Of a stretch of 32,000 bases of DNA, positions 23,998 to 32,000 are shown one piece after another (the stretch's first letter is position 1; every line of letters begins with the position of its first letter). Both the position numbers and the translations under genes were made by a program. Source of the DNA: Microcystis aeruginosa NIES-2549 (GTDB lineage: Bacteria; Cyanobacteriota; Cyanobacteriia; Cyanobacteriales; Microcystaceae); NCBI RefSeq assembly GCF_000981785.2, contig NZ_CP011304.1, positions 1,290,001 through 1,322,000 of the forward strand, in the 5' to 3' direction. Under the pieces are notes generated by a model, which was given only the letters and a program-made list of their open reading frames with translations, was not told the DNA's origin and made no database searches.

Positions 23998-26568
23998 GTG
24001 ACTATTGCTTTAGACCAACTGCTCACCCCCGACATTTTTCGACCAGCGCGTTATTTGGGCAACGAGTTAGGCGCTAAACATAAAGAATGGGCAAGTGCTG
24101 TGGTTCGTTGGGTGTTAACCTATCCGGAAGTGTACGAAGTGGGGGCATCTAACCTCGGTCATATTATCCTCTACAATATCCTCAATGCTCAACCCCGCCA
24201 ACTCTGCGATCGCACTTATCTACCCGCACCGGATTTAGCCCAAAAACTCAAACAGACAAAAACCCCCCTATTTGCCCTAGAATCCCGTCGTTACCTCACC
24301 GATTTTGATATTCTCGGTTTTAGTCTTAGTTACGAGCTAGGAGCAACCAATATTTTAGAAATGCTCGACCTAGCGGCAATTCCCTTGACTTGGAGAGAAA
24401 GAGATGCGGGTAACTATCCGCTAATTTTTGCCGGGGGACAAACTGCCACCTCTAACCCCGAACCCTATGCCGACTTTTTTGATTTTATCGCCCTTGGTGA
24501 TGGCGAAGAATTATTGCCAGAAATCGGTTTAATTTTAGAAGAAGGTAAACTAGCTAATCTAAGCAAAGAAGAACTATTACTAGATTTAGCCCAAATTCCG
24601 GGGGTATATGTCCCCCGTTTCTACGATGTCACCCCAATCGGTGCAGTTATCCCCAATCGTGACGATGTACCGAAAAGAATTTTACGCCGGGTAGCTACTC
24701 CTATCCCAGCCTATTCTATCGGTTTAGTTCCCTTCGTGGAAACGGTTCACGATCGCCTGGTGGTGGAAATTCGTCGCGGTTGCACTCGGGGATGTCGTTT
24801 TTGTCAACCGGGGATGTTAACCCGTCCCGCGCGGGATGTGCAACCGGAAGCAGTAATCGAATCGATTGAAAAAGGAATGCGAGCGACAGGATATAACGAA
24901 TTTTCTTTATTATCTCTCAGTTGCTCCGATTATCTAGCTTTACCTGCCGTGGGTATGGAGATTAAAAACCGTCTCCAGAATGAGAATATATCTCTATCCT
25001 TACCCAGTCAAAGAGTCGATCGCTTTGACGAAAATATTGCTAACATAATTGGGGGCAATCGTCAATCGGGTTTAACCTTTGCACCGGAAGCGGGAACCCA
25101 ACGAATGCGCGATGTAATTAACAAAGGGTTAACCAACGAAGAATTACTCAGAGGGATAAAAACTGCTGTCGAACAGGGTTGGGATAAGGTCAAACTCTAT
25201 TTTATGATCGGTTTGCCGGGGGAAACCGATGTGGATGTGATTGGTATCGTGGAAACGGTGCGCTGGTTGCGTCGGGAATGTCGTTTACCGAAGCGGAAAC
25301 CCCTCGATTTTACCCTAACTATCTCCAATTTTACCCCTAAACCCCATACCCCCTTCCAGTGGCATTCCGTCTCCACGGCCGAATTTATCCGCAAACAGGA
25401 GTTATTAAGACAGGAATTTCAAGGCATGAGAGGGGTAAAAGTCAATTATACCGATGTCCGTATCTCGGCTATGGAAGATTTTATCGGTCGCGGTGACAGA
25501 AGTTTAGGGAAAGTGGTGCTGCGCGCTTGGCAATTGGGAGCCGGGATGGATGCTTGGTGGGATAATACAGAAAAAGCCTATCAAGCATGGTCACAGGCGA
25601 TCGAAGAATCCGGTTTAACTTGGAAATATCGTCAGGTAGAACAGGGAGAATGGAATATTTTTGCCGATGCAGACAAAGATATTTTAGAGCGTCCTTTGCC
25701 CTGGGATCATCTGGATACCGGTATCGATAAAAAATGGCTAGAGGAGGACTTAAAACGCGCCCTAGACGCGGCAACGGTCCCCGATTGTTCTTTTGAGGGT
25801 TGTTCCCATTGTGGCGTTTGTAGCGTCGATTTTGGTCATAATATCGTCATTGAAGCGCCCCCGATTCCCGCTTTTGCTGGACATTTTCAACCCAATCAAG
25901 AACGCGCCCAAAGAATTCGGGTTTGGTTTGGCAAAATTGGCGAAATAGCCCTAGTTAGCCACTTGGATCTGGTGCGTTTATTTGATCGCGTCGTCCGTCG
26001 GGCTGCTATTCCTATTTCCTTTACCGGTGGATTTCACCCCGGTCCGCGCATTTCGATCGCTAATGCTTTATCCTTGGGAGCAACCAGTAGCGGTGAGATT
26101 GTCGATTTTGAATTGACAAAAGTAATCGATTTAGAGACTTTTAAACAGCAGTTAAGCGGGCAATTACCCGCAGATTTGCCGGTTTATCAGGTGGAAGAAA
26201 TTCCCTTAAATGCCCCCGCTGCCACCCGTTTGTTGGAAAAAGCCGAGTATTTGCTCACTTTTAATAGTGAGGGAATTGATAGCCAACAGTGGCAAAATTG
26301 GCTCGAGGCAATTAAGCAAGCAACGGTGATGGAACGAGAAAAAACCACCAAATCTGGCAAAAAAGTCACGATTAATCTGCGAGAACAATTATATGAATTA
26401 GAGTTAAAAACTGTTGACAAACAAGCCGTTTTGTGCTATGTGGGCAGTTGTCGCAATGATGGCACTTTACTACAGCCTGATCATATCGTCGAGATGTTAG
26501 AAAGGGTCTCCGGGCAGGAAATTTCGCTGCTTAATTGCCATCGTCAGCGCTTGATTTTAGGGACTTAA
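23998..26568 (+). CDS. Radical SAM protein (B12-binding-like N-terminus, TIGR03960-type) fused to a DUF2344/TIGR03936-type C-terminal domain
   Basis: CxxxCxxC in ..RRGCTRGCRFCQPG.. (~24775..24810). The C-terminal ..RIRVWFGKIGEIALVSHLDLVRLFDRVVRRA.. is typical of DUF2344. The start is GTG. Confidence 0.85.
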   Translation: MTIALDQLLTPDIFRPARYLGNELGAKHKEWASAVVRWVLTYPEVYEVGASNLGHIILYNILNAQPRQLCDRTYLPAPDLAQKLKQTKTPLFALESRRYLTDFDILGFSLSYELGATNILEMLDLAAIPLTWRERDAGNYPLIFAGGQTATSNPEPYADFFDFIALGDGEELLPEIGLILEEGKLANLSKEELLLDLAQIPGVYVPRFYDVTPIGAVIPNRDDVPKRILRRVATPIPAYSIGLVPFVETVHDRLVVEIRRGCTRGCRFCQPGMLTRPARDVQPEAVIESIEKGMRATGYNEFSLLSLSCSDYLALPAVGMEIKNRLQNENISLSLPSQRVDRFDENIANIIGGNRQSGLTFAPEAGTQRMRDVINKGLTNEELLRGIKTAVEQGWDKVKLYFMIGLPGETDVDVIGIVETVRWLRRECRLPKRKPLDFTLTISNFTPKPHTPFQWHSVSTAEFIRKQELLRQEFQGMRGVKVNYTDVRISAMEDFIGRGDRSLGKVVLRAWQLGAGMDAWWDNTEKAYQAWSQAIEESGLTWKYRQVEQGEWNIFADADKDILERPLPWDHLDTGIDKKWLEEDLKRALDAATVPDCSFEGCSHCGVCSVDFGHNIVIEAPPIPAFAGHFQPNQERAQRIRVWFGKIGEIALVSHLDLVRLFDRVVRRAAIPISFTGGFHPGPRISIANALSLGATSSGEIVDFELTKVIDLETFKQQLSGQLPADLPVYQVEEIPLNAPAATRLLEKAEYLLTFNSEGIDSQQWQNWLEAIKQATVMEREKTTKSGKKVTINLREQLYELELKTVDKQAVLCYVGSCRNDGTLLQPDHIVEMLERVSGQEISLLNCHRQRLILGT

Positions 26569-26703
26569 CCATTGTCAACCGTCATGCCAAATCCGTTTTT
26601 AATAGTGTGATTAACTGCCAATTCAAGCCTAGAAACCCAGTTATGGATTGTTTCTCCCTGCTCCCCGCTCTCCTATGCCTTTTAAATAGGGTTTAGTCTC
26701 AAC

Positions 26704-27918
26704 TTATCCTAACGCCTCGAAGATTTTAAACATGGGCAAGTACATGGACAGAAGAATAGTTCCCACTATCCCGGCAATACCGACCATCATCAAGGGTTCA
26801 ATGATACTGGTTAAAGCTTTAACAGCCTGTTCTACCTCATCTTCGTAGAAATCGGCCACTTTCATCATCATGGCATCTAATTCTCCCGTTTCCTCACCAA
26901 TACTAATCATTTGAATGGCCAAAGCTGGAAAAACATTGGCTTTTTGTATGGCTAAACTCATCATTCCCCCCTGCTGAATTTCCTCCTTGGCACCGATGAT
27001 CGCATTGGCAATTACCTGATTACCCACCGTATTACAAACGATATCAAGGGAACTCAAAATCGGGACACCAGAACGCGTCAGAGTCCCAAAAACCCGGCAA
27101 AATCTAGCCACAGCCGATTTTTCATTCAAATCACCAAAAAGAGGCATTTTAAGGAAAAACTGGTCAATTTGCAGACGACCAATCGGGGTTTTGTAATAGC
27201 GACGCAGTAAAAAAACTGTGGCAGTAATGGTGACAATCGGAATTAAAATCAACCAACTACGCATCAGACTACTTAAAAAGAGCATAAATTGCGTTAAAGC
27301 TGGTAGTGGCACCTTCAAATCGGTGAAAATTTTCGCAAACACGGGAATTAAAAAGATCGTCATCCCGAAAAACACAATTACCGCTAAAATTCCCACCGCT
27401 ACCGGATAGGTCATCGCTGATTTAATCTGGTTTTTCAAGCGGGCCATATCTTCCAAAAGTTTCGAGAGACGGAGCAGCACTTCATCGAGTACCCCCCCCG
27501 TCTCTCCAGCTTCGATCATACTGACATAAAGTTCATCAAAACATTCTGTATGTTTGGCCATCGCTTGCGATAACGGACTCCCTTGCTGTACGTCGGCACC
27601 AATCGCTTGTAGTGCTTTTCTCATCTTGGGATTACCGCATTGATCCCCCAAAACTCCCAAACATCTCACAATCGGCACCCCAGCATTAATCATTACCGAA
27701 AATTGACGGGAAAAAACCGCTTTATCTTTGATGGAAATCTTGGCAAACATCAACTCTAAACCAGAAAGATCGATCTCTCCTCCCGCTTTTTTGACTTTAC
27801 CGACGGCAGCATATTTCGCCTTCAGCATCATTCGGGCATGATCGGGAGACATAGCTTCAACTTTCTCTTGGAAAACTTTTCCAGAGCTGCTTTTAACTTG
27901 TGCGACAAAATTAGGCAT
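26704..27918 (-). CDS. pilC: Type IV pilus assembly platform protein PilC (GspF family)
   Basis: Two GspF repeats (..FSRQFSVMINAGVPIVRCL.., ..FCRVFGTLTRSGVPILSSL..) and 3 TM segments. Confidence 0.95.
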   Translation of the reverse strand: MPNFVAQVKSSSGKVFQEKVEAMSPDHARMMLKAKYAAVGKVKKAGGEIDLSGLELMFAKISIKDKAVFSRQFSVMINAGVPIVRCLGVLGDQCGNPKMRKALQAIGADVQQGSPLSQAMAKHTECFDELYVSMIEAGETGGVLDEVLLRLSKLLEDMARLKNQIKSAMTYPVAVGILAVIVFFGMTIFLIPVFAKIFTDLKVPLPALTQFMLFLSSLMRSWLILIPIVTITATVFLLRRYYKTPIGRLQIDQFFLKMPLFGDLNEKSAVARFCRVFGTLTRSGVPILSSLDIVCNTVGNQVIANAIIGAKEEIQQGGMMSLAIQKANVFPALAIQMISIGEETGELDAMMMKVADFYEDEVEQAVKALTSIIEPLMMVGIAGIVGTILLSMYLPMFKIFEALG

Positions 27919-27926
27919 AGGACAAA

Positions 27927-28014
27927 TCAGTTATCAGTTATTAGTTATTAGTTATTAGTTATCAGTTATCAGTTCACTGTTTACAGCAAAAAACTTCTCA
28001 CTTCCCACTCTCCT
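27927..28014 (-). repeat. Composite element (gene orientation: G-rich block, T-run, AAACAGTGAAC core, CTGATAA/CTAATAA x7), abutting the pilC ATG
   Basis: The plus strand reads tcagtta x2, ttagtta x3, tcagtta, tcagttc (27927..27975), then actgtttacag, then cttctcacttcccactctcc (27994..28014). Confidence 0.9.
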
Positions 28015-28038
28015 ATCCCTTTTACACAGGATTTGTTA

Positions 28039-29145
28039 TTAAATCCGGGCTTTAGTTTTGGCGTTAGCACTGGCCCCAGCGACAAGACGTTGTAATTCAT
28101 CGGGTTTACCACTTTTAGAAATTGCCTCTTCAAAGGATATAACACCGCTAAAAACTAAATTAGCTAATCCCTGTTCCATAGTTTGCATTCCTAGCTTCAT
28201 TCCCGTTTGAATTGCTGAGTAGACTTGGGGGGCTTTTCCTTCGCGAATTAGGTTAGCGATCGCTGGAGTTACCACCATGATTTCCTGTACCATTGCCCGG
28301 CCAAATTCCCCTGGTTTAGGATTTTTTTTCTTGACTAGGGTTTGACTAAAAACTGCTAGTAAAGAATTGGATAACATGGAGCGAATTTGTGACTGTTGGT
28401 TAGGGGGGAAAACGTCAATGATCCGATCGACTGTTCCCGCTGCCGAGCTAGTGTGCAGAGTTCCGAAGACTAAGTGACCGGTTTCCGCCGCCGTAATTGC
28501 CAAACTAATTGTTTCTAAATCCCGCATTTCTCCCACAAGGATAATATCAGGATCTTCGCGTAAAGCTGCTTTTAATGCGTTAGCAAAACTCTTGGTATCT
28601 TCTCCTTTTTGTCGTTGGTGAAACAGGCTTTTTATATTAGGAAAAACATATTCAATTGGGTCTTCTACAGTTAAAATGTGTTCAGACCTAGTCCGATTAA
28701 TTAAGTCCAAAATTGATGCTAAAGTGGTAGTTTTACCTGACCCTGTTGGTCCGGTTACGAGAATTAATCCCCTCGGTCTTTCCGATAATTCTCGGACTAC
28801 TTCTGGTAAATTTAATTGTTCAAAGTTAGGAATGTTGGAGGACAAAGCGCGTAAACAAGCTGCATAGGCTCCCCTTTCTTTATAAACATTGATCCTAAAT
28901 CTTGCTAATCCTTTCACCCCGTAGGAACAGTCTAATTCCCAATTCTGCTCTAACTCTTTTATTTGACTATTATTGAGCATACTAAAAATCAATTTCTGAC
29001 AATCTTGCGGGGTTAAAGATTCTTCATTAATCGGGGTGAGTTTGCCACTAATGCGGAAATAGACCGGCGCCCTGGACTGAATGTGCATATCGGAACCGCC
29101 CATCTCGACCAATTGTTCCATTAAATCTTCGATCATTAAGTCCAT
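28039..29145 (-). CDS. pilT: Type IV pilus retraction ATPase PilT
   Basis: Walker A GPTGSGKTTT, ..LREDPDIILVGEMRD.., ..GHLVFGTLHT.. and ..AIANLIREGK.. Confidence 0.95.
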   Translation of the reverse strand: MDLMIEDLMEQLVEMGGSDMHIQSRAPVYFRISGKLTPINEESLTPQDCQKLIFSMLNNSQIKELEQNWELDCSYGVKGLARFRINVYKERGAYAACLRALSSNIPNFEQLNLPEVVRELSERPRGLILVTGPTGSGKTTTLASILDLINRTRSEHILTVEDPIEYVFPNIKSLFHQRQKGEDTKSFANALKAALREDPDIILVGEMRDLETISLAITAAETGHLVFGTLHTSSAAGTVDRIIDVFPPNQQSQIRSMLSNSLLAVFSQTLVKKKNPKPGEFGRAMVQEIMVVTPAIANLIREGKAPQVYSAIQTGMKLGMQTMEQGLANLVFSGVISFEEAISKSGKPDELQRLVAGASANAKTKARI

Positions 29146-29266
29146 AAGTTAAACTCCATCTATCGTATAAAGTAAAAACTGAAAAGGAGCCAGTCGTCAG
29201 GAGACAAATTCATAATACTTTTGCCGGTTCCGGAATTCCCCGCTCACTGATCACTGAAAAACTGTC

Positions 29267-30700
29267 TTAACCACTAAATCGCGGTCTCATACAATAGGGA
29301 CAATCGAGCCATTCTGGTTTTAGTTCGGCGCGACAACCACTACAGATTAAACCGCTTTTCCGTTTAGCTTTTAATTCCGCTTCCAGACCAGAATCGCTAA
29401 ATGTCACCCGTTCCACTTCTTCGAGGGTGGTGTAACCCTCGCGCACCAGATTTAAACTGTAGGCTAGGAGTGTCACCATGCCCTCATCGACGGCCGCCTC
29501 CTTAATGCGATCGGTGGTTGCCCCTTGGTTAATTAATTGCTGTAGTCGTTCACTATTCTGCATTACCTCATAGACACCGATGCGACCTTTATAACCGCTG
29601 CCGTTGCACTTGACGCAGAGATTGCCCTCTCTTCGCGCCTGTTGAATTTCCTCTATGGTCAGGGTATTAGCCTTATAAAAGGTCACTTCCTGTTCATTGG
29701 CGGCGGAAAGACCAAAACGGGCCAATTCCTCTTGGGTGGGGTGATAGGCGACTCGACACTCGGTACAGACGCGCCGCATCAGACGCTGGGCCAAAACTCC
29801 CAACAGAGAACCAGAAATCATAAACGTTTCAACCCCCATCTCATCGAGACGAGCGATCGCACCTGCGGCATCGTTGGTGTGTAGGGTAGTTAAGACCAAG
29901 TGACCGGTTAAGGCGGCCTCGATCGCTGTTTTAGCTGTTTCCTTGTCCCTAGTTTCTCCCACCAGAATCACATCCGGATCTTGTCGCATGAATGCCCGCA
30001 GAATCGAGGCGAAATCCATGCCTTTTTCGCGAATTACCTGCACCTGGGTGATGCCTGGTAGAGAATATTCGATCGGATCTTCGGCGGTACTGATATTAAC
30101 TCCGGGGTGATTTCTTTCCGCTAATACCGAGTATAAAGTGGTGGATTTCCCCGAACCGGTCGGGCCTGTCACCAGCAACAGACCAAAGGGACGACTGGCC
30201 AAGTCTCGGACAATTTGCAGGGTCTTTTGATCGGTGATTAGTTTATCTAAACCCAACTGGGTAGAGGAGTTATCGAGAATCCGTAAACAGACTTTTTCCC
30301 CGTAGCGACTGGGCAGGGTATTAACCCGAAAATCCACTTTCCGCCCTTGATAAATCCGCCGAATTTTACCATCTTGGGGAAGACGACGTTCAGCGATATC
30401 GAGATCGGCCATGATTTTAAAACGGGCTGTAACCGCTGGGGTAATTCTTTTCGGCAGTGGATCAAAAGCTTGATGAAGAACTCCATCTTTGCGAAAGCGA
30501 ATTTTCAGGAATTCTTCTTGGGGTTCGATGTGAATATCGGAAGTCCCTTCCTGTAGAGCTTTAGCTAGTATTTTATTGACCAGGTTGATGACGGGGGCTT
30601 GATTAGCGTCTCCTTCTCCGAGATCATCGGCCACTTCATCGTCAGCACCAGAGACCACCTCAATACTGGCGACAATATCGGTGAGATCCGAGAGTTTTTC
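29267..30700 (-). pseudogene. pilB: pilB (type IV pilus extension ATPase, GspE family), 3' part, separated from its 5' part by an IS insertion
   Basis: Walker A GPTGSGKSTT, ..MRQDPDVILVGETRD.., ..GHLVLTTLHT.. and tetracysteine C..C..CVKC. The frame is open upstream of the track's GTG (30658) right up to the IS boundary. Confidence 0.9.
30693..30700. repeat. Target-site duplication AGTTTTTC (left copy)
   Basis: Identical 8-mer at 31458..31465, directly outside the two IS inverted repeats. Confidence 0.85.
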
Positions 30701-30723
30701 GGCGTTGCATAATAGAGATATGA

Positions 30724-31125
30724 ATGGAGGAAATCAAAATGCAATGCCCTGAATGTAAATCTACCCATATCCGTAAAAATGGCATCAATAAACAAGGTAA
30801 ACAAAATCATATTTGTGTAACCTGTGGCCGTCAATTTATTAATAACTATGAAAAACAGAAAGGCTATGACGAAAAAACGAAGCGAGAATGCCTAACTGCC
30901 TATGTTAATGGGATGGGATTTAGAGGAATAGAAAGGCTAAAGGGAGTTCATCATACGACCGTAATTAATTGGGTAAAATCTGTGGGAGAATTATTGCCAG
31001 TCGCCTATGACCCAGAAACAATTCCTGAAGTAGGGGAACTGGATGAATTGGAAACCTTTGTTGGCTCAAAAAAAACAAAATCTGGGTGTGGACAGCCGTT
31101 GACCACTTTAAAAAAGGAATTTTAG
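30724..31125 (+). CDS. insA: IS1-family InsA-like protein (zinc finger plus HTH)
   Basis: MQCPECKSTHIRKNG..CVTCGRQF zinc finger, followed by ..GIERLKGVHHTTVINWVK.. HTH. Confidence 0.85.
   Translation: MEEIKMQCPECKSTHIRKNGINKQGKQNHICVTCGRQFINNYEKQKGYDEKTKRECLTAYVNGMGFRGIERLKGVHHTTVINWVKSVGELLPVAYDPETIPEVGELDELETFVGSKKTKSGCGQPLTTLKKEF
31068..31076 (+). other. Programmed -1 ribosomal frameshift motif AAAAAAAAC
   Basis: The A8 run at 31068..31075 lies exactly in the insA/insB' overlap, analogous to the A6C motif of IS1. Confidence 0.7.
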
Positions 31126-31433
31126 GTTGGGTAATCGGAGACCATAGTAGCGAAACGTTTCGCCCATTATGGGAATTAGTTAAGTCTTGGGGATGCTATT
31201 TTTATGTGAGTGATGGATGGTCAGTTTATCCATGTTTTATAGCAGAGGGCGACCATATAATTAGTAAGACTTATATGACCAGAGTAGAGGGTGAGAACAC
31301 ACGTTTAAGACATTATCTAGCCCGATTGCATCGCAAAACACTCTGCTATTCTAAGTCTACAGAAATGTTAGGATACTCTATTCGTTTATTAATTCATTAT
31401 CTGAAGTTTCAAGAAGTGCCTATTCCTTACTGA
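31068..31433 (+). CDS. insB: IS1-family InsB' reading frame (-1 relative to insA); expected to be expressed as an InsAB' fusion transposase of about 237 aa
   Basis: The -1 frame reads KKNKIWVWTAVDHFKKGILGWVIGDHS.. from the A-run onward and has no independent ATG. Confidence 0.8.
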   Translation, partial: KKNKIWVWTAVDHFKKGILGWVIGDHSSETFRPLWELVKSWGCYFYVSDGWSVYPCFIAEGDHIISKTYMTRVEGENTRLRHYLARLHRKTLCYSKSTEMLGYSIRLLIHYLKFQEVPIPY

Positions 31434-31457
31434 TTCATAGCTTAATTCAGCAACGCC

Positions 31458-31465
31458 AGTTTTTC
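31458..31465. repeat. Target-site duplication AGTTTTTC (right copy)
   Basis: See 30693..30700. Confidence 0.85.
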
Positions 31466-32000
31466 CAGTTCTTTTTCTTTTTCGAGTCTGGCTTTTTCCT
31501 TTTCTAGTTCCGGTTGGGCCCAGTGGAATTTTTCCAGTAATCTTTCGTAATCTTCGCCGGTAATCACTAAACGCTGTAAACCTAACTCCCTGGGGCGGAG
31601 GATACGATTAATATCGTCCGTAGCCTCTAGGTTGTCGGGATCGACCATGGCTATCAAAATTGAAGCCGGCTCTCCTTCGATTCGACGCAGGGGGATGAGA
31701 CGATAGCGACGACAAAGATCGATCGGAATCAAAGAATCGATCAATCTGGCTATTTCTAGTCCATCCACATCGCTCAATTCGGGGTCGAGCGATTCGACTC
31801 CGTAGAGAATTTTTAGTTCAAATAACTGGTTTTTCTTATACTGTCGCTGTAAATCCGGGGGCAAAGGTCGCCCGGTTAGTTTTTGTAATATTTCTACTAG
31901 CGATCGTCCCGATTTCCGTGTTTCCACCAGGGCCTGTTGCATTTCCTCGGCACCGATATAGCCCGACTGCACCAACTTGTTACCAAAGGGGGAAAAGTAA
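31458..32000 (-). pseudogene. pilB: pilB, 5' part (GspE N-terminal domains); the frame continues beyond the window end
   Basis: The track ORF 31442..31975 starts at a TTG, but the frame is open to base 32000 (..YFSPFGNKLVQSGYIGAEEMQQAL..). Its last 4 codons and stop (ALLN*) are contributed by the IS right end. Confidence 0.9.

Larger units (their letters stand above)
30701..31457 (+). mobile_element. IS1-family insertion sequence (757 bp)
   Basis: The terminal inverted repeats GGCGTTGCATAATAGAGATATGAAT (30701..) and the rc of ..31457, GGCGTTGCTGAATTAAGCTATGAAT, match at 20/25 positions. It has two overlapping ORFs with an A8C slippery run, is flanked by an 8-bp direct repeat, and the transposase stop lies inside the right IR. 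Confidence 0.9.

Noticed and set aside
23811-24035. 74-aa minus-strand ORF with the repeating peptide SYQLSVISYQLSVISYQLS
   Set aside because: It is simply the translation of the (CTGATAA)x8 heptamer array and its flanks in the divergent promoter region. It also overlaps the start of the radical-SAM gene, so it is not a credible gene.
30565-30834. 89-aa minus-strand ORF crossing the pilB/IS1 junction
   Set aside because: It runs from inside the IS, antisense to insA, into pilB in a non-pilB frame. It is an artefact of the insertion.

Overview
This is a cyanobacterial chromosomal segment. HIP1 octamers (GCGATCGC) are scattered through the housekeeping genes, and there are PEP-CTERM proteins and heptamer STRR-like arrays. 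The gene content and repeat families look Microcystis-like to me; that is recognition, not a search result. The housekeeping backbone is: aminotransferase (partial), dapB, asparaginase-II family, ycf36, rsfS, yqeK, a membrane GTPase, pdhB, secD, secF, ruvC, wecB, an MlaD/MlaF-like pair, a large radical-SAM fusion protein and the pilB-pilT-pilC type IV pilus operon. Several accessory insertions sit between these genes. (1) 541..5203 is an island of three Rpn-family (YhgA-like PD-(D/E)XK) nuclease genes. Their C-terminal modules are duplicated as free-standing or silent cassettes, each preceded by an internal SD+ATG. The island also holds a PEP-CTERM gene with a G10 tract. I consider this the most interesting system in the window. 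(2) 6604..8875 is an AT-rich glycosyltransferase/methyltransferase islet. (3) 13385..14690 is a TnpB-only IS200/IS605-type element with a structured omega-RNA-like 3' end. (4) 18421..19732 is an islet with a HigB/XRE-type toxin-antitoxin pair plus an unrecognised overlapping two-gene module. (5) A 757-bp IS1-family element with an 8-bp target duplication splits pilB. Three families of short tandem or palindromic repeats occupy the 5' regions of several genes. I found no rRNA, tRNA or CRISPR array. All homology statements rest on motif recognition by eye and need database confirmation.
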